From: Octopus vulgaris
Lineage: Eukaryota
NCBI GenBank assembly: GCA_951406725.2
Contig: OX597836.1
Location: forward strand, 32,302,001 to 32,366,000
Reading direction: 5' to 3'
Length of the DNA stretch: 64,000 nt
The position numbers and the translations under genes are program-made. The notes beneath the pieces are model-generated. The model saw nothing but the letters and a program-made list of their open reading frames with translations, searched no databases and had not been told where the DNA came from. Positions 14,540-29,588 of the stretch are shown here, piece after piece; position 1 is the first letter of the stretch; every line of letters begins with the position of its first letter.

Positions 14540-14570
14540 GTGTGTATACATATATACATACACACATAGT
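14170..14570. repeat. Compound (TA)/(TG)/(CA) microsatellite
   Basis: Directly visible. Comparable tracts at 15430-15655, 22055-22295, 28110-28400, 30625-30900, 32405-33040, 39345-39590, 51590-51950, 54250-54380 and 62450-62690. Confidence 0.95.
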
Positions 14571-14783
14571 TAAGCACACATGCTAGCAATGTGTTTTGTA
14601 TTAAGGTTCAGAAAAAGAAGAGCCATTAGACCATCAGATAGATTGTTTTGTGGTTTTTTTTTGCTTGAGCACTCTATACTCCAAGTTCAAACCCTCCTCT
14701 TGTTTGAATGCTATTAAGTGTGTTCCATATTAAGATTCTCTTGATCTCATCTATTGACTCTATATATAAATATATATATTCAC

Positions 14784-14824
<41 letters not shown>

Positions 14825-15417
14825 TCAAAGGGCATACTGAGTATGATTGTTTTAACCCGTATGCTCACAGATGGTTGATTTCTGTAGTTATTGTCAGTGT
14901 TATTTTTTCAGCAGTTTAAATAAGAGTTTGGACTGTTATTTCTAGCAGATAGACATACTCAGTATGTCCTTTGATTGATATAAATTTTAATCCTTCAGCT
15001 ATTTAATGCTTTTTGGGGGGCCTGCAATCACCTATATTGTTAATTCTGTTATTATCAATTTAATTATTTTATCCTAGATAATAATAGAGTTAATGGTATC
15101 TTTGCAAATATTTTCTGCCAAATTATTTGTTTTGTATTGTAATTATATATATATTTATATATATATATAGCAAATTAAAAAAGGTGACTTATTAGCAATT
15201 AGGACCTAAAGGCAAAATTAATAGAGGTCACAAAAGTGACAGAAGGGACTGACTAGCACCACTTTTGCTAAAAATAAGAGTTAAAACAACTCAAAATGAA
15301 GCTGAGTTTAATGTTAGATGTTAAGAGTTGCTGATGGTCGACATCAAAATCCAAAATCGCGATCCGACTTTGTATGCTGGGGACTTACCTCTCTATGTCT
15401 GTCATTAAGTACAGTGA

Positions 15418-15448
<31 letters not shown>

Positions 15449-15555
15449 GTGTGTATGTATATGTATATATATTTATGTATGTATGTATATATATATATAT
15501 ATGTATGTATGTATATGTACATATGTATATATATATATGTATGTAAATATGTGTG

Positions 15556-16545
<990 letters not shown>

Positions 16546-16559
16546 ATCTGATGGATTCT

Positions 16560-16930
16560 CTTGTCATGAATGACAAATGAAGGTTCAGTGAAATAAAACA
16601 TTAATTATGTTTTATGGACACGAACATGTCTCTTGAGGCCTGCTGGTACCTTGCAAACTTTTTGACAAATGGAATAAGTTAAGGGCTCAGTTTGCTTGAG
16701 TGTTTGTGGATTTTCTTTAGCGGATGGCAAAGCCAGCTTTGCTTCATGCCACAAAACCACAACAGGTATGGTTTCCGTTTAGGGGAGCAGTATTTTACCA
16801 GTGTGCCATCATACTTGCACAAATTTGGGTCTTGACGCTGGAGTCGGCTTTGCTCAAATCTATGAACTGAGGGGAAGCAGGATTGGTACCAGGGCCTGCA
16901 TTCTGATGCTTTGAGGGGTTACAAGGCTAC
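16560..16930 (-). pseudogene. Old RTE C-terminal fragment with decayed C2H2 finger
   Basis: ..W..SVHRFEQSRLQ.. followed by TYSICQKVCKVPAGLKRHVRVHKT*. Confidence 0.45.
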
Positions 16931-17375
16931 TGAGGCTACTGATTCATATACATGATATGTATTCTAATCCAGGATAGAGATGAATACCAATGTTCTCATG
17001 TGGCAGGCTTTGTAATTGTTAAGAGATTTCTTATTGCATGAAACCGTTGGTAGTCTTATTCATCCACAAATAAAGAATACTTATGCACCAATGCAGTGTA
17101 GAGCACGCATTATCATTGTCTAGTATTAGCTGGTACTTTCATTTCTCAGGCCTGAAAGAGCATGAAAGGAAAGCTTGTCCTTGACATTAGAAATGAAAAT
17201 GTAAAAGTTAGTGGGAATGCAGTTAAGCATTTTGTCTGGTGTCATGAGGATACTGCCAGCTTGCTGCCTTAATATGTGTGTGTGTGTGCTTATATATGTA
17301 TGTATGTGTATGTATGAGCATGTTAATGCATGTATATGTGAATATATATTTGTGTCTTCCAGCTGTGTGTGTGTG

Positions 17376-17420
<45 letters not shown>

Positions 17421-17549
17421 GTATGAATGTATGTATATATGAATGTATGTATATGAAAAATGAATTTAAATAAATGACATAAAAAACATATACGTATGTA
17501 TCTGTGTGTGTATATATACACATACATTCACACTGCATGTATATATAGA

Positions 17550-17785
17550 TAAATATATTCATAGTGTGTGTATATGCACATACATATATTCATAGTGCAT
17601 GTATATACACATACATATATTCATAGTGTGTGTGTGTATACACATACATATATTCATAGTGCATGTATATACACATACATATATTCATAGTGTGTGTGTG
17701 TATACACATACATATATTCATAGTGTGTGCATATACACACACATATATTCATTGTGTGTGTGTATACATATACATATATTCACAG
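17550..17785 (+). repeat. ~30-34-bp minisatellite derived from microsatellite
   Basis: (ATACACATACATATATTCATAGTG(TG/CA)TGT)n, ~7-8 units. Confidence 0.8.
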
Positions 17786-18252
17786 TTATTTTTCAGCCAC
17801 GTAACAACACACATGCTTCTCTCAGACTTTTGGCTCCTTCCTCCTTTTCCTCCTCTCTGAAGTTTTTCCTCCTTCCGATGAAGAGCCATGCTTGAAACAT
17901 CGTTTCCACTCTTATTTTTTCCATCTTAAACTTTCACTGAACCTCAATCTAATATATTCAAAGTGCACGTCTAATTGACTTTTGTTGTTTTTACCTCCTT
18001 TTATCTTTGATTTACACATGCGTGCACACACACACAAACACATACACTGATATATATATACAAATATATGTGTGTGTGTATGTATGTATATAAATGCTTA
18101 ACAATCAATCTCTCTGTAGAAACATATATATGTATATGTGTGTGTGAGCTTTAGTCAGGAGGCAATGCAGTACTCGTGACCTATAGTGGGGTTTAAACAC
18201 ACACACACAAGCATACACACACATACATGCATGCACAAACACACACATGCAC

Positions 18253-18658
18253 ATGGCTGTGTGGTAATTAGCTTGCTTACCAACTACATGGTTCCGGGTT
18301 CGGTCCCACTGCGTGGCACTTGGGCAAGTGTTTTCTACTATAACCTCGGGCCGACCAAATCCTTGTAAGTGGATTTGCTAGGTGGAAACTGGAAGAAGCA
18401 CGTCGTATATGTATGTATATATATATGTAGTTGTGTGTGTGTTTGTGTGTCTGTGTTTGTCCCCCACCATAGCTTGACAACCAACAGTGGTGTGTCTATG
18501 TCCCTGTAATTTAGCAGTTTGGTAAAAGAGACCGATAGAATAAGTACTAGGCATACAAAGAATAAGTCCTGGGGTTGATTTGCTCGACTAAAGGTGGTGC
18601 TCCAGTATGGCTGCAGTCAAATGACTGGAACAAATAAAAGAATAAAAGAAAAGAAAGA
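18253..18658 (+). mobile_element. SINE family A
   Basis: Same consensus. Confidence 0.9.
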
Positions 18659-19005
18659 ATATGCAATTCGTAGCCCCCAAATCCAAACCAGGCCTTGATG
18701 TAGCATAATAACATTGTTCCCTGCGATTCCTTTCATCTAAAAGCTGAAAACCATTGTTATATATAAGAGATCAAGTAAAACCAGTTCTATAAACACTGAA
18801 AATTTCTCAAACGCAACAGGTTATTTACTGTAAATATATTACACTACATTAATACATCTCTCTTTTGAATGGTGCTTTACAAGTGTAGGACAGCAGCAAG
18901 ACAGTTATGAGAAGACCTTTTTATATTCTTTTCTCAATTATTAATTAATTGAACTAAGAGAGGAGGAAGAGGTTGACTATTAGTATTATTATTATTATTA
19001 GTCGT

Positions 19006-19845
19006 AAGGTGGCAAGTTGGCAGAATCATTAGCACACTGGGGGAAATGCTTAGCGGGTATTTCGTCCATCTTTATGTTCTGAGTTCAGTTTCCGCTGATG
19101 TTGATTTAGCCTTTCATCCTTTCAGGGTTGATAAATTAAGTACCAGTGAAACACTGGGGTCGATGTAATCGACTGGTTCCTTCCCCCAAAATTTCAGGCC
19201 TTGTGCCTATAGTAGAAACAATTATTATTAGTTGTCATAAGGTGGCAAGCTGGCTGAATCGTTAGCACACCGGGTGAAATGCTTAGTGGTATTTTGTCTG
19301 CCGTTATGTTCTGAGTTCAAATTCCACCGAGGTCAACTTTGCCTTTCATCCTTTCGGGGTTGATTAAATAAGTACCAGTTACGCACTGGGGTCGATATAA
19401 TTGGCTTAATCCATTTGTCTGTCCTTGTTTGTCCTCTCTTTGTTTAGCTCCCTGGGGTAGTAAAGAAATAGGTATTTCGTCTGTCTTTAAGTTCTGAGTT
19501 CAAATTCCACAAATGTCAGTTTTGCCTTTCATCTTTTCAGGGTTGATAAAAAAAGTATCAGTTGAGCACTGGGGTCAATGTAATTGACTTACCCCGTCCC
19601 CAAAACTGCTGGCCTTGTTCCAAAATTTGAAATTATTATTAGTAGTTGTAAGGCAGTGAGCTAGCAGAACCGTTAGCATGATGGGTGAGATGTTTAGCGG
19701 TATTTCATCTGTCTTTACATTCTGAGTTCAAATTCTGCTGGCATCAGCTTTGCCTTTCATACTCTTGGGGTTGATAAAACAAGTACAAGTTGAAGACTGG
19801 GGTCGATGAAAGTGCTCGCCTTGTACCAAAATTGAAAATCATTAT
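19006..19845 (+). mobile_element. Head-to-tail cluster of SINE family B
   Basis: Head AAGGTGGCAAG(C/T)TGGCAGAATC.TTAGCA...GAGTTCAAATTCC; central GCCTTTCATCCTTTCGGGGTTGATAAATTAAGTACCAG; ATT-rich tails. Heads at ~19006, 19238 and 19650. Confidence 0.88.
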
Positions 19846-19879
19846 TTTTAGTAATTGTAGTTGTGGTAGAGATGGCAGC

Positions 19880-19917
<38 letters not shown>

Positions 19918-20962
19918 CATCATTAGTAGTAGTAGTAGTAGTAGTAGGGGAGGAGGAAGAGGAGGAGTTTCTTTCAGTTTCCATCTACTGAATCCACTCA
20001 CAAGGCTTTGGTTGATCTTGGGCTATAGTAGAAAATACTTGTCCTAAGTGCTGTGCAGTGGGACTGAAGCTAAGACCACCGTGCAAGATTCTCGACCACA
20101 CAGCCTTGCCTAAACATCTAAAATTACATACACACACTCATATATATCAGCATCATCATCGTCATTTAACATCCATTTTCTATGCTGGCATGTGTTGGAC
20201 AGTTTGACCAGAGCTGGCAAACTGGAGAGCTGCACCAGGCTCCAGTCATCTGTAGTAGCAAGGCTTCTATGGCTGGATGCCCTTCATAATGCCAACCACT
20301 TTACAGAATTTACTGGGTGACTTTTATGTGGCACCAGCACACACACAAATACACACGCACAAACGTGCACATGCAAACATGCACACACATATGAGCATAT
20401 ACATATATGTAGTTCTTCCTTACTACTCTAGGCACAAGGTGTGAAATTTTAAGGTGGGCATCTAGCCAATCACATTGACCTCAGTGCTCAACTAATACTT
20501 ATTTCATCAACCACAGAAGGACGAAAGACAAAGTTGACCTTGGCAGAATTTGAACTCAGAACATGTAGAATGGCAAAATTCCATTAAGCAATTTCAACCA
20601 ATTCACCAGGCTTGAACGTAGCTTTCCTTTATGTCATATGTTACATATGTTTCTGCATTAGGTAACTAATTGATGATGTCACACAATAAAAGCAATTCAT
20701 ACAAGCAATTTATAAATGTGGTATATATAATCCTACCAAACATGTCCTTGAACAGTGTTGAAAATGGGTCACAATTATGGTAGCATCTAATTTAAATATC
20801 TTAGAAATACAAGGCACTCAGTGGGAGGGGAAAAACTGGGGATGACAGGATAGGGTGTACACCATCCATAGCAACAAGTGAGCCATAGTATACATAACAG
20901 TAACAATCACAACCAGAACAGTAAATTTCTCATACTCTGGTTGCATGCATTTCCACTTACAT

Positions 20963-21014
<52 letters not shown>

Positions 21015-22062
21015 GTGCAAAGCTATAATAAAAGACACTTCCCCAACATGACCCAGAGTGGGACTGAACCCAGTACCATGTGGTTGGGAAACAAACTTCT
21101 TACTGTAGAACCATACCTGTAACTATACAAGAGCAAAAACTAGAGCAGAAAGCTTTTGTGCAAATACCATAATATTTATTAAACAGAAATATCAACATTT
21201 GCTATATTGTTCTGTCTCCTATCAAACAGGCTTGTAATATTTCTATAATGATTTCTCTTCACCAAGCTTTGAGACATAAAGCAATTGTAAGGAACAGAAA
21301 GTAAAATTATGGCAAATTCACAGCTGAAATATAATTTATAGCATGTTGCTTTGATATAGATGACCTTGGATTAAACAACAATTACAGCTGTACAATATAG
21401 CACAATGCACTACACTAACACAACCAGAGAACTTCTATGTGGTTGCACTATCTGCTAGAAATATCTGTCAAATTTTTCTTGAGATGAAGGTTGCATTAAA
21501 TGAAGTGGTCATAGATCACTCTCTAAATAAAACAAACAAACAAACAAACAGTAAATGTTGTTGGTTATTACAGTTCAATAGTTATTTAGTTATTTTACTA
21601 TGAATTTATGTACAAATTATATAAATTTATCACAGACTGTATTTTATGTATATATGTATATAGTTTTTCTACTTGGCCAGCTCCTGTGAACGATCCTACC
21701 CATACATGCATGGAAAATGGATGTTAAACGATGATGATGATAATGTATGTATGTATGTATGTTTGTATGTATGTATGCTTGCATGTAGGTATGTTTATAT
21801 TTATGTATGCTTATATGTATGTATGTATGTATGCTTGTACGTATGTAATGTTTGTATGTATGTATGCTTATATGTATGTATGCTTGTACATATGTATGTA
21901 TATGTATATAATCTACATCACATTCAATGAAGTTTAATTGAATTATAAGTATTTGTTTAATGGGGTGGAACAAATATTATAGATCAATTAATAGGAAATA
22001 TTAATACATATCAACTAACAAGTAACACAAACACATGTCCTGTATCTATATATAGGTGTGTA

Positions 22063-22119
<57 letters not shown>

Positions 22120-22626
22120 TCATATATACCTACACATGTATATATATTACACATGTATATATGCATATACATACATATATAATCATCATGTATATATATA
22201 TATATATATATATATATGCATACACAAACTCACACACACACATATACACATACACATGCACACATAAATATGCACACACCCACACACACACATGCATATC
22301 ATCATCATTATCATTTAACATCTGTTGTCCATGCTGGCATGGGTTGGACAGTTTAACCAGAGCTTGCAAGCTGGGGATCTGCACCAGACACCAGTCTGAT
22401 TTAGCATGGTTTCCACAGCTGGATGCCCTTCCTAACACCAACCACTTTACAGAGTGTGCTGTGAGCTTTTATATGGCACCACACAAGCCCTTTTACATAA
22501 CACCAAACATGTGTGCTTTTTATGTGGCACCAACACAGGACCCTTGCAGGGCAATCCTCTTCACCAGGGGGTGGGACTTTAACACTTCTGCTGTGGAGGA
22601 CAGGTCTTATGCTATTTATTTAGTTT

Positions 22627-22966
22627 CAGGAGTGGCTATAAGTTGAGTAGCTTGCTTACCAGCCACATGGTTCTGGTCTCAGTCCCACCCCATGGTACTT
22701 TGGACAAGTGCCTTCTACTATAGTATCAAGCCAACCAAAGCCTTGTGAATGGATTTGATAGATTGAAACTGAAAGAAGCCTGTTGTGTGTGTATATATAT
22801 ATGTGTGTGTGTGCCTGTGTCTGTATTTATGTTTCCATAACTTAGCAGTACAACAAAAGAGACTGATAGAATAAGTACCAGGCTTACAAAGAATAAGTCC
22901 TGGGGTTGATTTGTTTGACTAAAGGTGGTGCTCCAGCATGGCCACAGTCAAATGACTGAAACAAGT
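22627..22966 (+). mobile_element. SINE family A (internal deletion)
   Basis: Same consensus. Confidence 0.85.
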
Positions 22967-22986
22967 ATATATATATATATATATAT

Positions 22987-23225
22987 ATCATCATCATCGT
23001 TTAATGTCTGTTTTCCATGCTAGCATGGGTTGGATGGTTCTACCGGGGTCTGGGAAGCCAGGAGGCTGCACCAGGCTCCAGTCTGATCTGGCAGTGTTTC
23101 TGCAGCTGGATGCCCTTCCTAACGCCAACCACTCCATGAGTGTAGTGGGTGCTTTTTACGTGCCACAGGCACATGGACCAGAGGAGGCTGGCAACGGCCA
23201 CGATTGGTTGGTGCATGGATGCCAG
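22987..23225 (-). mobile_element. RTE 3' UTR fragment in (TA)n
   Basis: (ATC)n-GTTTAATGTCTGTTTTCCATGCTAGCATGGGTTGG...GATGCCCTTCCTAACGCCAACC. Similar fragments lie at ~20150-20340(-), 22297-22560(-), 27155-27420(+), 39905-40120(+) and 50940-51090(+). Confidence 0.8.
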
Positions 23226-23904
23226 CCAACATACATACATATGTACATAATACTAGTAGTTTATTTTTTTTCATAGGTATGTTAATATTTTAATTTAAAA
23301 ATCACTGTTGTAGAATCAAGAACATTCAAGATAACAGAAAGAAGAAAAGTAAAAAAAAAGAAAAGAAAAACAGAACAATCTTTCTTTTCTTTACATCTAT
23401 GATTAGAGGCATTCTATCTGTGATCATTGCATCTTGAAACTACATTATCAGTAGGGTGTGATTTGGGAATCAAAACTAGATTGCAGATTTTATTAACTCA
23501 AACCCCAGGCATCAAAGTTAATTAGTACAACATAAGGATTATTACAAGTGAGATGGTGTAACTATATTATAAACTCTAACAAGATCTTGTAAATTGTGTT
23601 ATTGATTAAATATCAATGTGGAGCATATTTCAGTATTTCAGTAGCTTTACACAAAACAATTGTAACCCCCCTCATCCTCTCTACCTCTGTGTCCCACCCA
23701 TCAATTTATTTTAACTCTTCCCTCTTCAGTATGTTACCAATCCCATCTGATATTGATTTCTGATATGCTTATTGTAAATCATAGCTATAGATTGATTCTA
23801 TCTCAAATTGTAATTTCTTAATGTATTGTATTGTATTCTTCTCTATATATGTCTTCTCTGTATCTGTCTTCCATCTAGTACTTTGTGAATCAATAATAAT
23901 AATG

Positions 23905-23956
<52 letters not shown>

Positions 23957-23979
23957 TAATAATTATGATGATGATGATT

Positions 23980-24360
23980 GAGCACGTCCCTTAGTGCATC
24001 TCTGACCACAAGCAGAAGTAATGGGGGAACATCATAGTTGTATGTTGAGAGGAGTTCTGCAGGGTTTGAATAATTCATCTGTGGAGGCATGGGTATTTTG
24101 TTCATCATCCTTAAAACAAACTGTATTCAGGGACCTTTAGAGCAGGATGGGATACTCGACCTGAAGAAAATTCTAACTAGTCTCGACTTGCAAGATCATG
24201 CGCTGTTTATCTTGGTATTAGATCATCATATTGCGCACATATGGTTGTGATGCATGTGCCTGGTGTACCCTTAACAAATGAGTAGTCATGGTGGTTATAT
24301 TGGGCTTCATATATTTGTACCCCAGTGTTACTTTGATGGTATGTGCTGCTCTCTCACTCA
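23980..24360. repeat. Unclassified interspersed repeat between (TAA)n tracts
   Basis: Reverse complement of 23980-24140 matches 59612-59785 (AAGGTCCCTGAA..AAGGATGATGA..GAATTATTCAAAC..TCAGAGATGCAC..TAAGGGAC.TGCTC). Confidence 0.7.
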
Positions 24361-24375
24361 ATAATAATAATGATG

Positions 24376-24427
<52 letters not shown>

Positions 24428-24440
24428 TAAAAATAATAGA

Positions 24441-24890
24441 TGGGCAAAAAGAGGAATGCAAAAATCCTCTGAGACTTTGACTTCCAGACAGACAAGGCTG
24501 GATATAGTAACCTTCAGGAAGGACAAAAAGAGTGCCTAATAATCGATGTGGCAGAGCCAGGAGATCGATAAAAGATAGATAAATATGGAGACCTGAGAAT
24601 TGAGATCACCATGATATGGTAACTTAGAGAGTCAAACATAAAGATTGACTCTGTTGTCATTGGAGCCATTGTCTCAATACCACACAACCTGAAGAAACAC
24701 CTGGAAACTTTAGAAATACCCTACAATCTATGGGTATTGCAGAAATCAGCATTACTTGGAATTGCGTGCATATTATATAAAGTACTGTCTGAGGTTCTTG
24801 TTGTAACTTGACAAACAGTACAAACCCCCGGTAGACACAATATTTTCAATCAACAACATCATGATATTGGATACTGTGTGCCATCTTAAA
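24441..24890 (+). mobile_element. 3' end of R4/Dong-like LINE (restriction-like endonuclease), after (TAA)n
   Basis: Frameshifted translation KIL*DFDFQTD..RLDIV..ECLIIDVAEPGD..KIDKYGDLRIEI..VVIGAI..LQKSALLG..ILYKVL. Confidence 0.82.
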
Positions 24891-24989
24891 TAACAGTAAC
24901 GATGATGATTTCAAATTTTGGGGAGGGAGTAAGTTGATTGCATCGACCCCATGTTCAACTGGTACTTAATTTATCAACCAAGTAATTTT

Positions 24990-26460
24990 GACTTCATGAG
25001 AACTTGTCCCATGCTAGAATCATATAAATTTCTACTAAGCCATAACACATTTTTTTTTATCAATACTAACAAATTAATGTTTGTTTTTATAAAATCGATT
25101 TTTTTATTTTAATTTAGTTGCCCTACATATATTTTCAGTTCATCTTCGTTGTTTATTTCTGCTTTAGTGTTGCTCTATGCTATCACCTTTGCCAAACAGT
25201 TGCCATCTAACAGACAATTCACATGAATTCTAAAGTTGCATGATTGGTGTTGGCCAGTTGTTTGTTTTTCATTTGTATTCAGCTTTGCAGGATTATAACC
25301 TCTGAAGCAACAACTGAAATTTTTACAAATTGAATAGCTAATCTTTATACAGACTTTACTTAATATCTTATAATAATTATGCCCTAGCAAAATGGTAATC
25401 TATAAAAGCTATTAGTTCTTATTACTAGATTAAATCTAGCTATTAGTTCTTACTACTAGATTAAATATTGGGTTGTACAATAAAATATTTCTTTACTTAT
25501 TCCTGTTCTTACATGTGTATTCCCAGTGTTTTATATATATTTAACCTTACCAGAAAATTCCCTATTCCTGCACACCTCATTATACTACTCAGTGTTCCCA
25601 TAAAGGCATCTTCATCACAAAATATTGGGGAGCTCCATTTACTAATATTGTCTATCAAGTTTTTCAAGATACTCAGAGGATGATTCGATTGTCTATGTAT
25701 GTATACTTTCTCATTTGGTTTGTGCTATGGTCTAGAACTACTATCTAGTGTCAAGGCTGAATCCAGAGAATTAATGACAAAAGATTAGCATCTATGGCAA
25801 TACAAAGTACTCTTTCCTGAAATACTTTAACCCTTTCATTACCATATATATTTTGAGATGCTCTGTGTTTCTTACAATTAATTTTAAATATAACAAAGAA
25901 TTTAGTAAAATAACTTAGTTATCATTAAGCTGGTGTTAGGAACATAACTTGTGACTAAGGTTTGGTGGAAGATTTTAATTCAAAACTTATGAAAACAAGA
26001 CATTTGTACTACTGAGCCAGAGATGGTTTCAGCTGGGTTGGTATCGAAAGGGTTAATCAAATATTTCCTAAATCTACCTATGACCATTACTATTTCACAA
26101 TAGAATCAGACTATTATCTTAATATAAACTTGTTGTGGCAGATGCCCCCAGGTGTGAAGTGGGCTGGTTCACTACTAATAAATAGTGGACTAACACAGTC
26201 AGTAATGTCAGTCAGTGAGGTTCGCTGCAGAGACAATGAAATACATTATTGTAATGCAGGACATAAAACTATAATCTGTTTCAGTATATATTTTCTCTAT
26301 AAATCTAGTTTCAAGATACATCTTATGGATGCTCTGATATACATCATCAGTGATATGTCTGGGGTTTCAGGGACTTTAAAGATATATCACCTTATAATTT
26401 AACTGACCCGAACATCATCATATACCCCCATGGACAATCGTTAGTGTATATCTTTTGGTT
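24990..26460 (-). pseudogene. Decayed Penelope-like element (RT + GIY-YIG endonuclease)
   Basis: Minus-strand fragments in PLE order: MGVYDDVRVS*II (cf. MGSYDGAEVCEL, ~26430); LY*DNSL (cf. LYRDDGL, ~26120); KVFQE..IAIDANL; NSLDSAL; HKPNEKVYIHRQSNHPLSILKNL; KISYS; CNFR..NCLLDGNCL; KIYVG. Many stops and frameshifts. Confidence 0.8.
25831..26052. mobile_element. piggyBac-like MITE inserted in the PLE RT
   Basis: TTAA TSD at 25827-25830 and 26053-26056; TIRs CCCTTTCATTACC / GGTATCGAAAGGG. PLE homology resumes across the insertion. Confidence 0.88.
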
Positions 26461-28134
26461 AATTTAGCTGTAAGATAAATTTCAATGAAATATAAAATAA
26501 AATTTAATGAATTATAAAATAAAATTTCAATGAAATATAAAGTAAGATTTCATTGAAATATGAAATAAATTTCAAAGAAATATATAAACAAATGGGAAAA
26601 ATAAATAAAAAAAAAAGCTAAAATAAACAAGCAAGAACATAATATAAAATAAAAGTGAGGAAAAGCTATTGTATTTTTTTACCAGTTCCAAAAGAACAGA
26701 TCTTGTTCACAATTGATTTGTTTGAATTTTGTTCTTTTCTGTTTAGACATTTGTTTTAATATTGTTTTTTTTCTATTACTTGATTCTGTCTTTGGATTAC
26801 AGCCATGCTGGGGCACCGGCTTGAAGGTTTTAATCAAACAAATCAGCCTCAGTACTTAGATTTTAAAGCCTGGTACCTATACCATCAGTCTCTTTTCTCA
26901 AACTTCTAAGTTATAGGGACATAAACAAACCAACACCTGTTGTCAAGTGATGTTTCAGTCATGCAGCCATGCTGGAGCACTGCCTTCAAGGGTTTTAGTT
27001 GAACGAATCACCCCTAGGGCTTATTTCTTAAGCCTAGTACTTACTCTATCAGGGTCTTTTGTCAAGCTGCTAAGTTACAGGTATGTAAGCACACAAACAT
27101 CAGTTGTCAAGCAGTGATGAGGGAGGACAAACACACACACCCACATTATATACACTGTGAAGTGGTTGGCATTTGGAAGGGAACCCAGCCATGTAAAAAC
27201 CCTGCCAAAACTGACCTTGCCTGTGCTGGTGCCACATAAAAAGCTCTCAGTCCATTCTGCAGGGTGGTTGGTGTTAGGAAAGGCATCCAGCCATCAAAAC
27301 CATGTCAAAATAGACACAGAAGCCTGGTGTAGTCTTCTAACTGACCAGCTCCTGTGAAACCGTCCAACCCATTCCAGCATGAAATGCAGATGTTAAATGA
27401 TGATGATGATGATGATGATGAAGATATAAATACGTAGAAGAAGGAAAAACAAACTCAGCTGCAAATATTCTGTGTATCATGTCTTTGTCTATATTCCCTG
27501 TCCATTAAGTTTCCGTCTCGTTTCCCATGTGCTCTGCTTTTGTCTAACTTTTTCTCCTTGTTGTGCTCTGCCTGTTCAATCCCTGACACACACACATAAA
27601 TATATATTTATACATCTTGGGCTTCTTTCAGTTTCCGTTTAACAAATCCATTCACAAGGTTTTGGTCAACCTGTGGCTATAGTAGAAGACACATGCCCAA
27701 GGTGCCACACAGTGGAACTGAACCCACAACCATGTGGTTGGGAAGCAAGCTTCTTAACACACAGCTACGCCTACGCATGTAGAAGGCAGAATCCTAATAG
27801 CACCAGCCAAAATGCTTTTTGCTATTGAGTTATGATATTTCGTATTCAGAGTTCAAACTCTACAAAGGTGAACTTAGCCTTTCATCCTTCCACTATTCAT
27901 AACATTAAGTAGCAGTCAAGAATTAATCAACTAACATCTGAATGGTTTTCGGTAAAAACCAATGGAAGATCCATCAAATTAAGAAAAAGACTGTGTTCTT
28001 GCTGTGCCAGGAATGTGAATTCACATGCACGCATTCAATTTCCAGTTCAATTAATTGAATTGACTATGATCAAGTCACATACTGCAGTCTGTTCTGATAA
28101 ATGCATGTGCACTCACACACATACATGCACATAC

Positions 28135-28184
<50 letters not shown>

Positions 28185-28632
28185 GTGTATATATTATAGA
28201 TATATATACACATATATATGCATAAACATACATATACATACATATATATATATATATATAGAGATATATATACATATACATATATATATATATATATACA
28301 CATGAACACACATATATGTATATATACATATATAAATACACGCACACACAATTATGTATATATGCATATATAAATACACACACAAACACATGTGTATATA
28401 CGGTGCTATTAAGTTGGACATGGCCTGGGCCAATAATGGCCGAAACCTATCAAAGTATCAAAGTATAAATGTACACACACTCACACACATACACACACAC
28501 ACATACATATATCCCAGGGTGTGGCAAATTCAAAAAGATGTTAAGTCCATCCACTTAAATTAAAGTACTCAAAGACAAGTCTCTGAGAGATAAGAAGTTT
28601 AATATATAATCATTAGTTTGACTAAATATACA

Positions 28633-29023
28633 TGTGCAGGTGTAGCTGTGTGATAAGAAACTTGTTTCCCGACCACATGGTTCAGAGTTCAGTTCCCCCC
28701 ACGTAACTCCTTGGGTAAGTGTCTTCTACTATGGCCTCAGGCCAATCAAAGCTTTGTGAGTAGATTTGGTAGATAGAAACTGAAAGAAGCCAATTATAAA
28801 TATATATGTGCGTTTGTGTGTGTGTATTTTTGTGTTTGTGCTTGTCCCCCATTGCTACTTGACAACTTGTGTTGGTGTGTTTACATCCTTATAGCTTAGC
28901 TGCTTGGCAAAAGATACCTATGGAATAAGTGCCAGGCTTAAAAAAAGGTACTAGGGTCAATTTGTTCAATTAAAAATTCTTGGCTGCAGTCTAATGACTG
29001 AAACAAGCAAAAGATAAAAAATA
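28633..29023 (+). mobile_element. SINE family A (diverged)
   Basis: Same consensus. Confidence 0.85.
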
Positions 29024-29090
29024 AATGATATATATCATACATACATAAACATATACATATACACACATACATACATATATATATATATAT

Positions 29091-29522
29091 CACCAGCTGC
29101 AGCTTGTATCCGAGCATTGCGTTTGTCAGTTTCTATTCAGTCTCCTCTGCAGATGTTTGTGCTGAATGTGACTTTGGAGTCCAAGTTGGTGCTGAAAGAG
29201 TCGTGGGCAGAATTCGGACAGAATAGTCAGTGCAGGTCAAGGGTGTTGAAAACACTCCTTTCTTCACTTGCCTGTTACCTCCTCATTCTGTTGTCTGTTC
29301 TGCTCGAAGGAGCTGGCTCCATTGTGGATGGCAGTCTTCTAGGCTGTCCTATCTATGGCATTCTGTTTCCATGAGGATAGCTGGATGTTAGTTTGAGCCT
29401 AGGTCCATTTGAGCAGGTCTTTAAAATGGAATTTCGGACCTCCTCTGGGTCCTGCGCTGATTGCAAGTTCTCCGTAGAGCATGATCCTCAGGAGACGAGA
29501 GGGCTCCATATGCTGGGCAGGT

Positions 29523-29524
<2 letters not shown>
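29091..29524 (-). mobile_element. 3' end of a second RTE lineage (C-terminal C2H2-type)
   Basis: Minus-strand translation MEPSRLLRIMLYGEL..RGGPKFHFKDLLK..W..AIDRTA*KTAIHNGASSFEQNR...FCPRLF..LGLQSHIQHKH. (TA)n on both sides. Confidence 0.8.
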
Positions 29525-29588
<64 letters not shown>

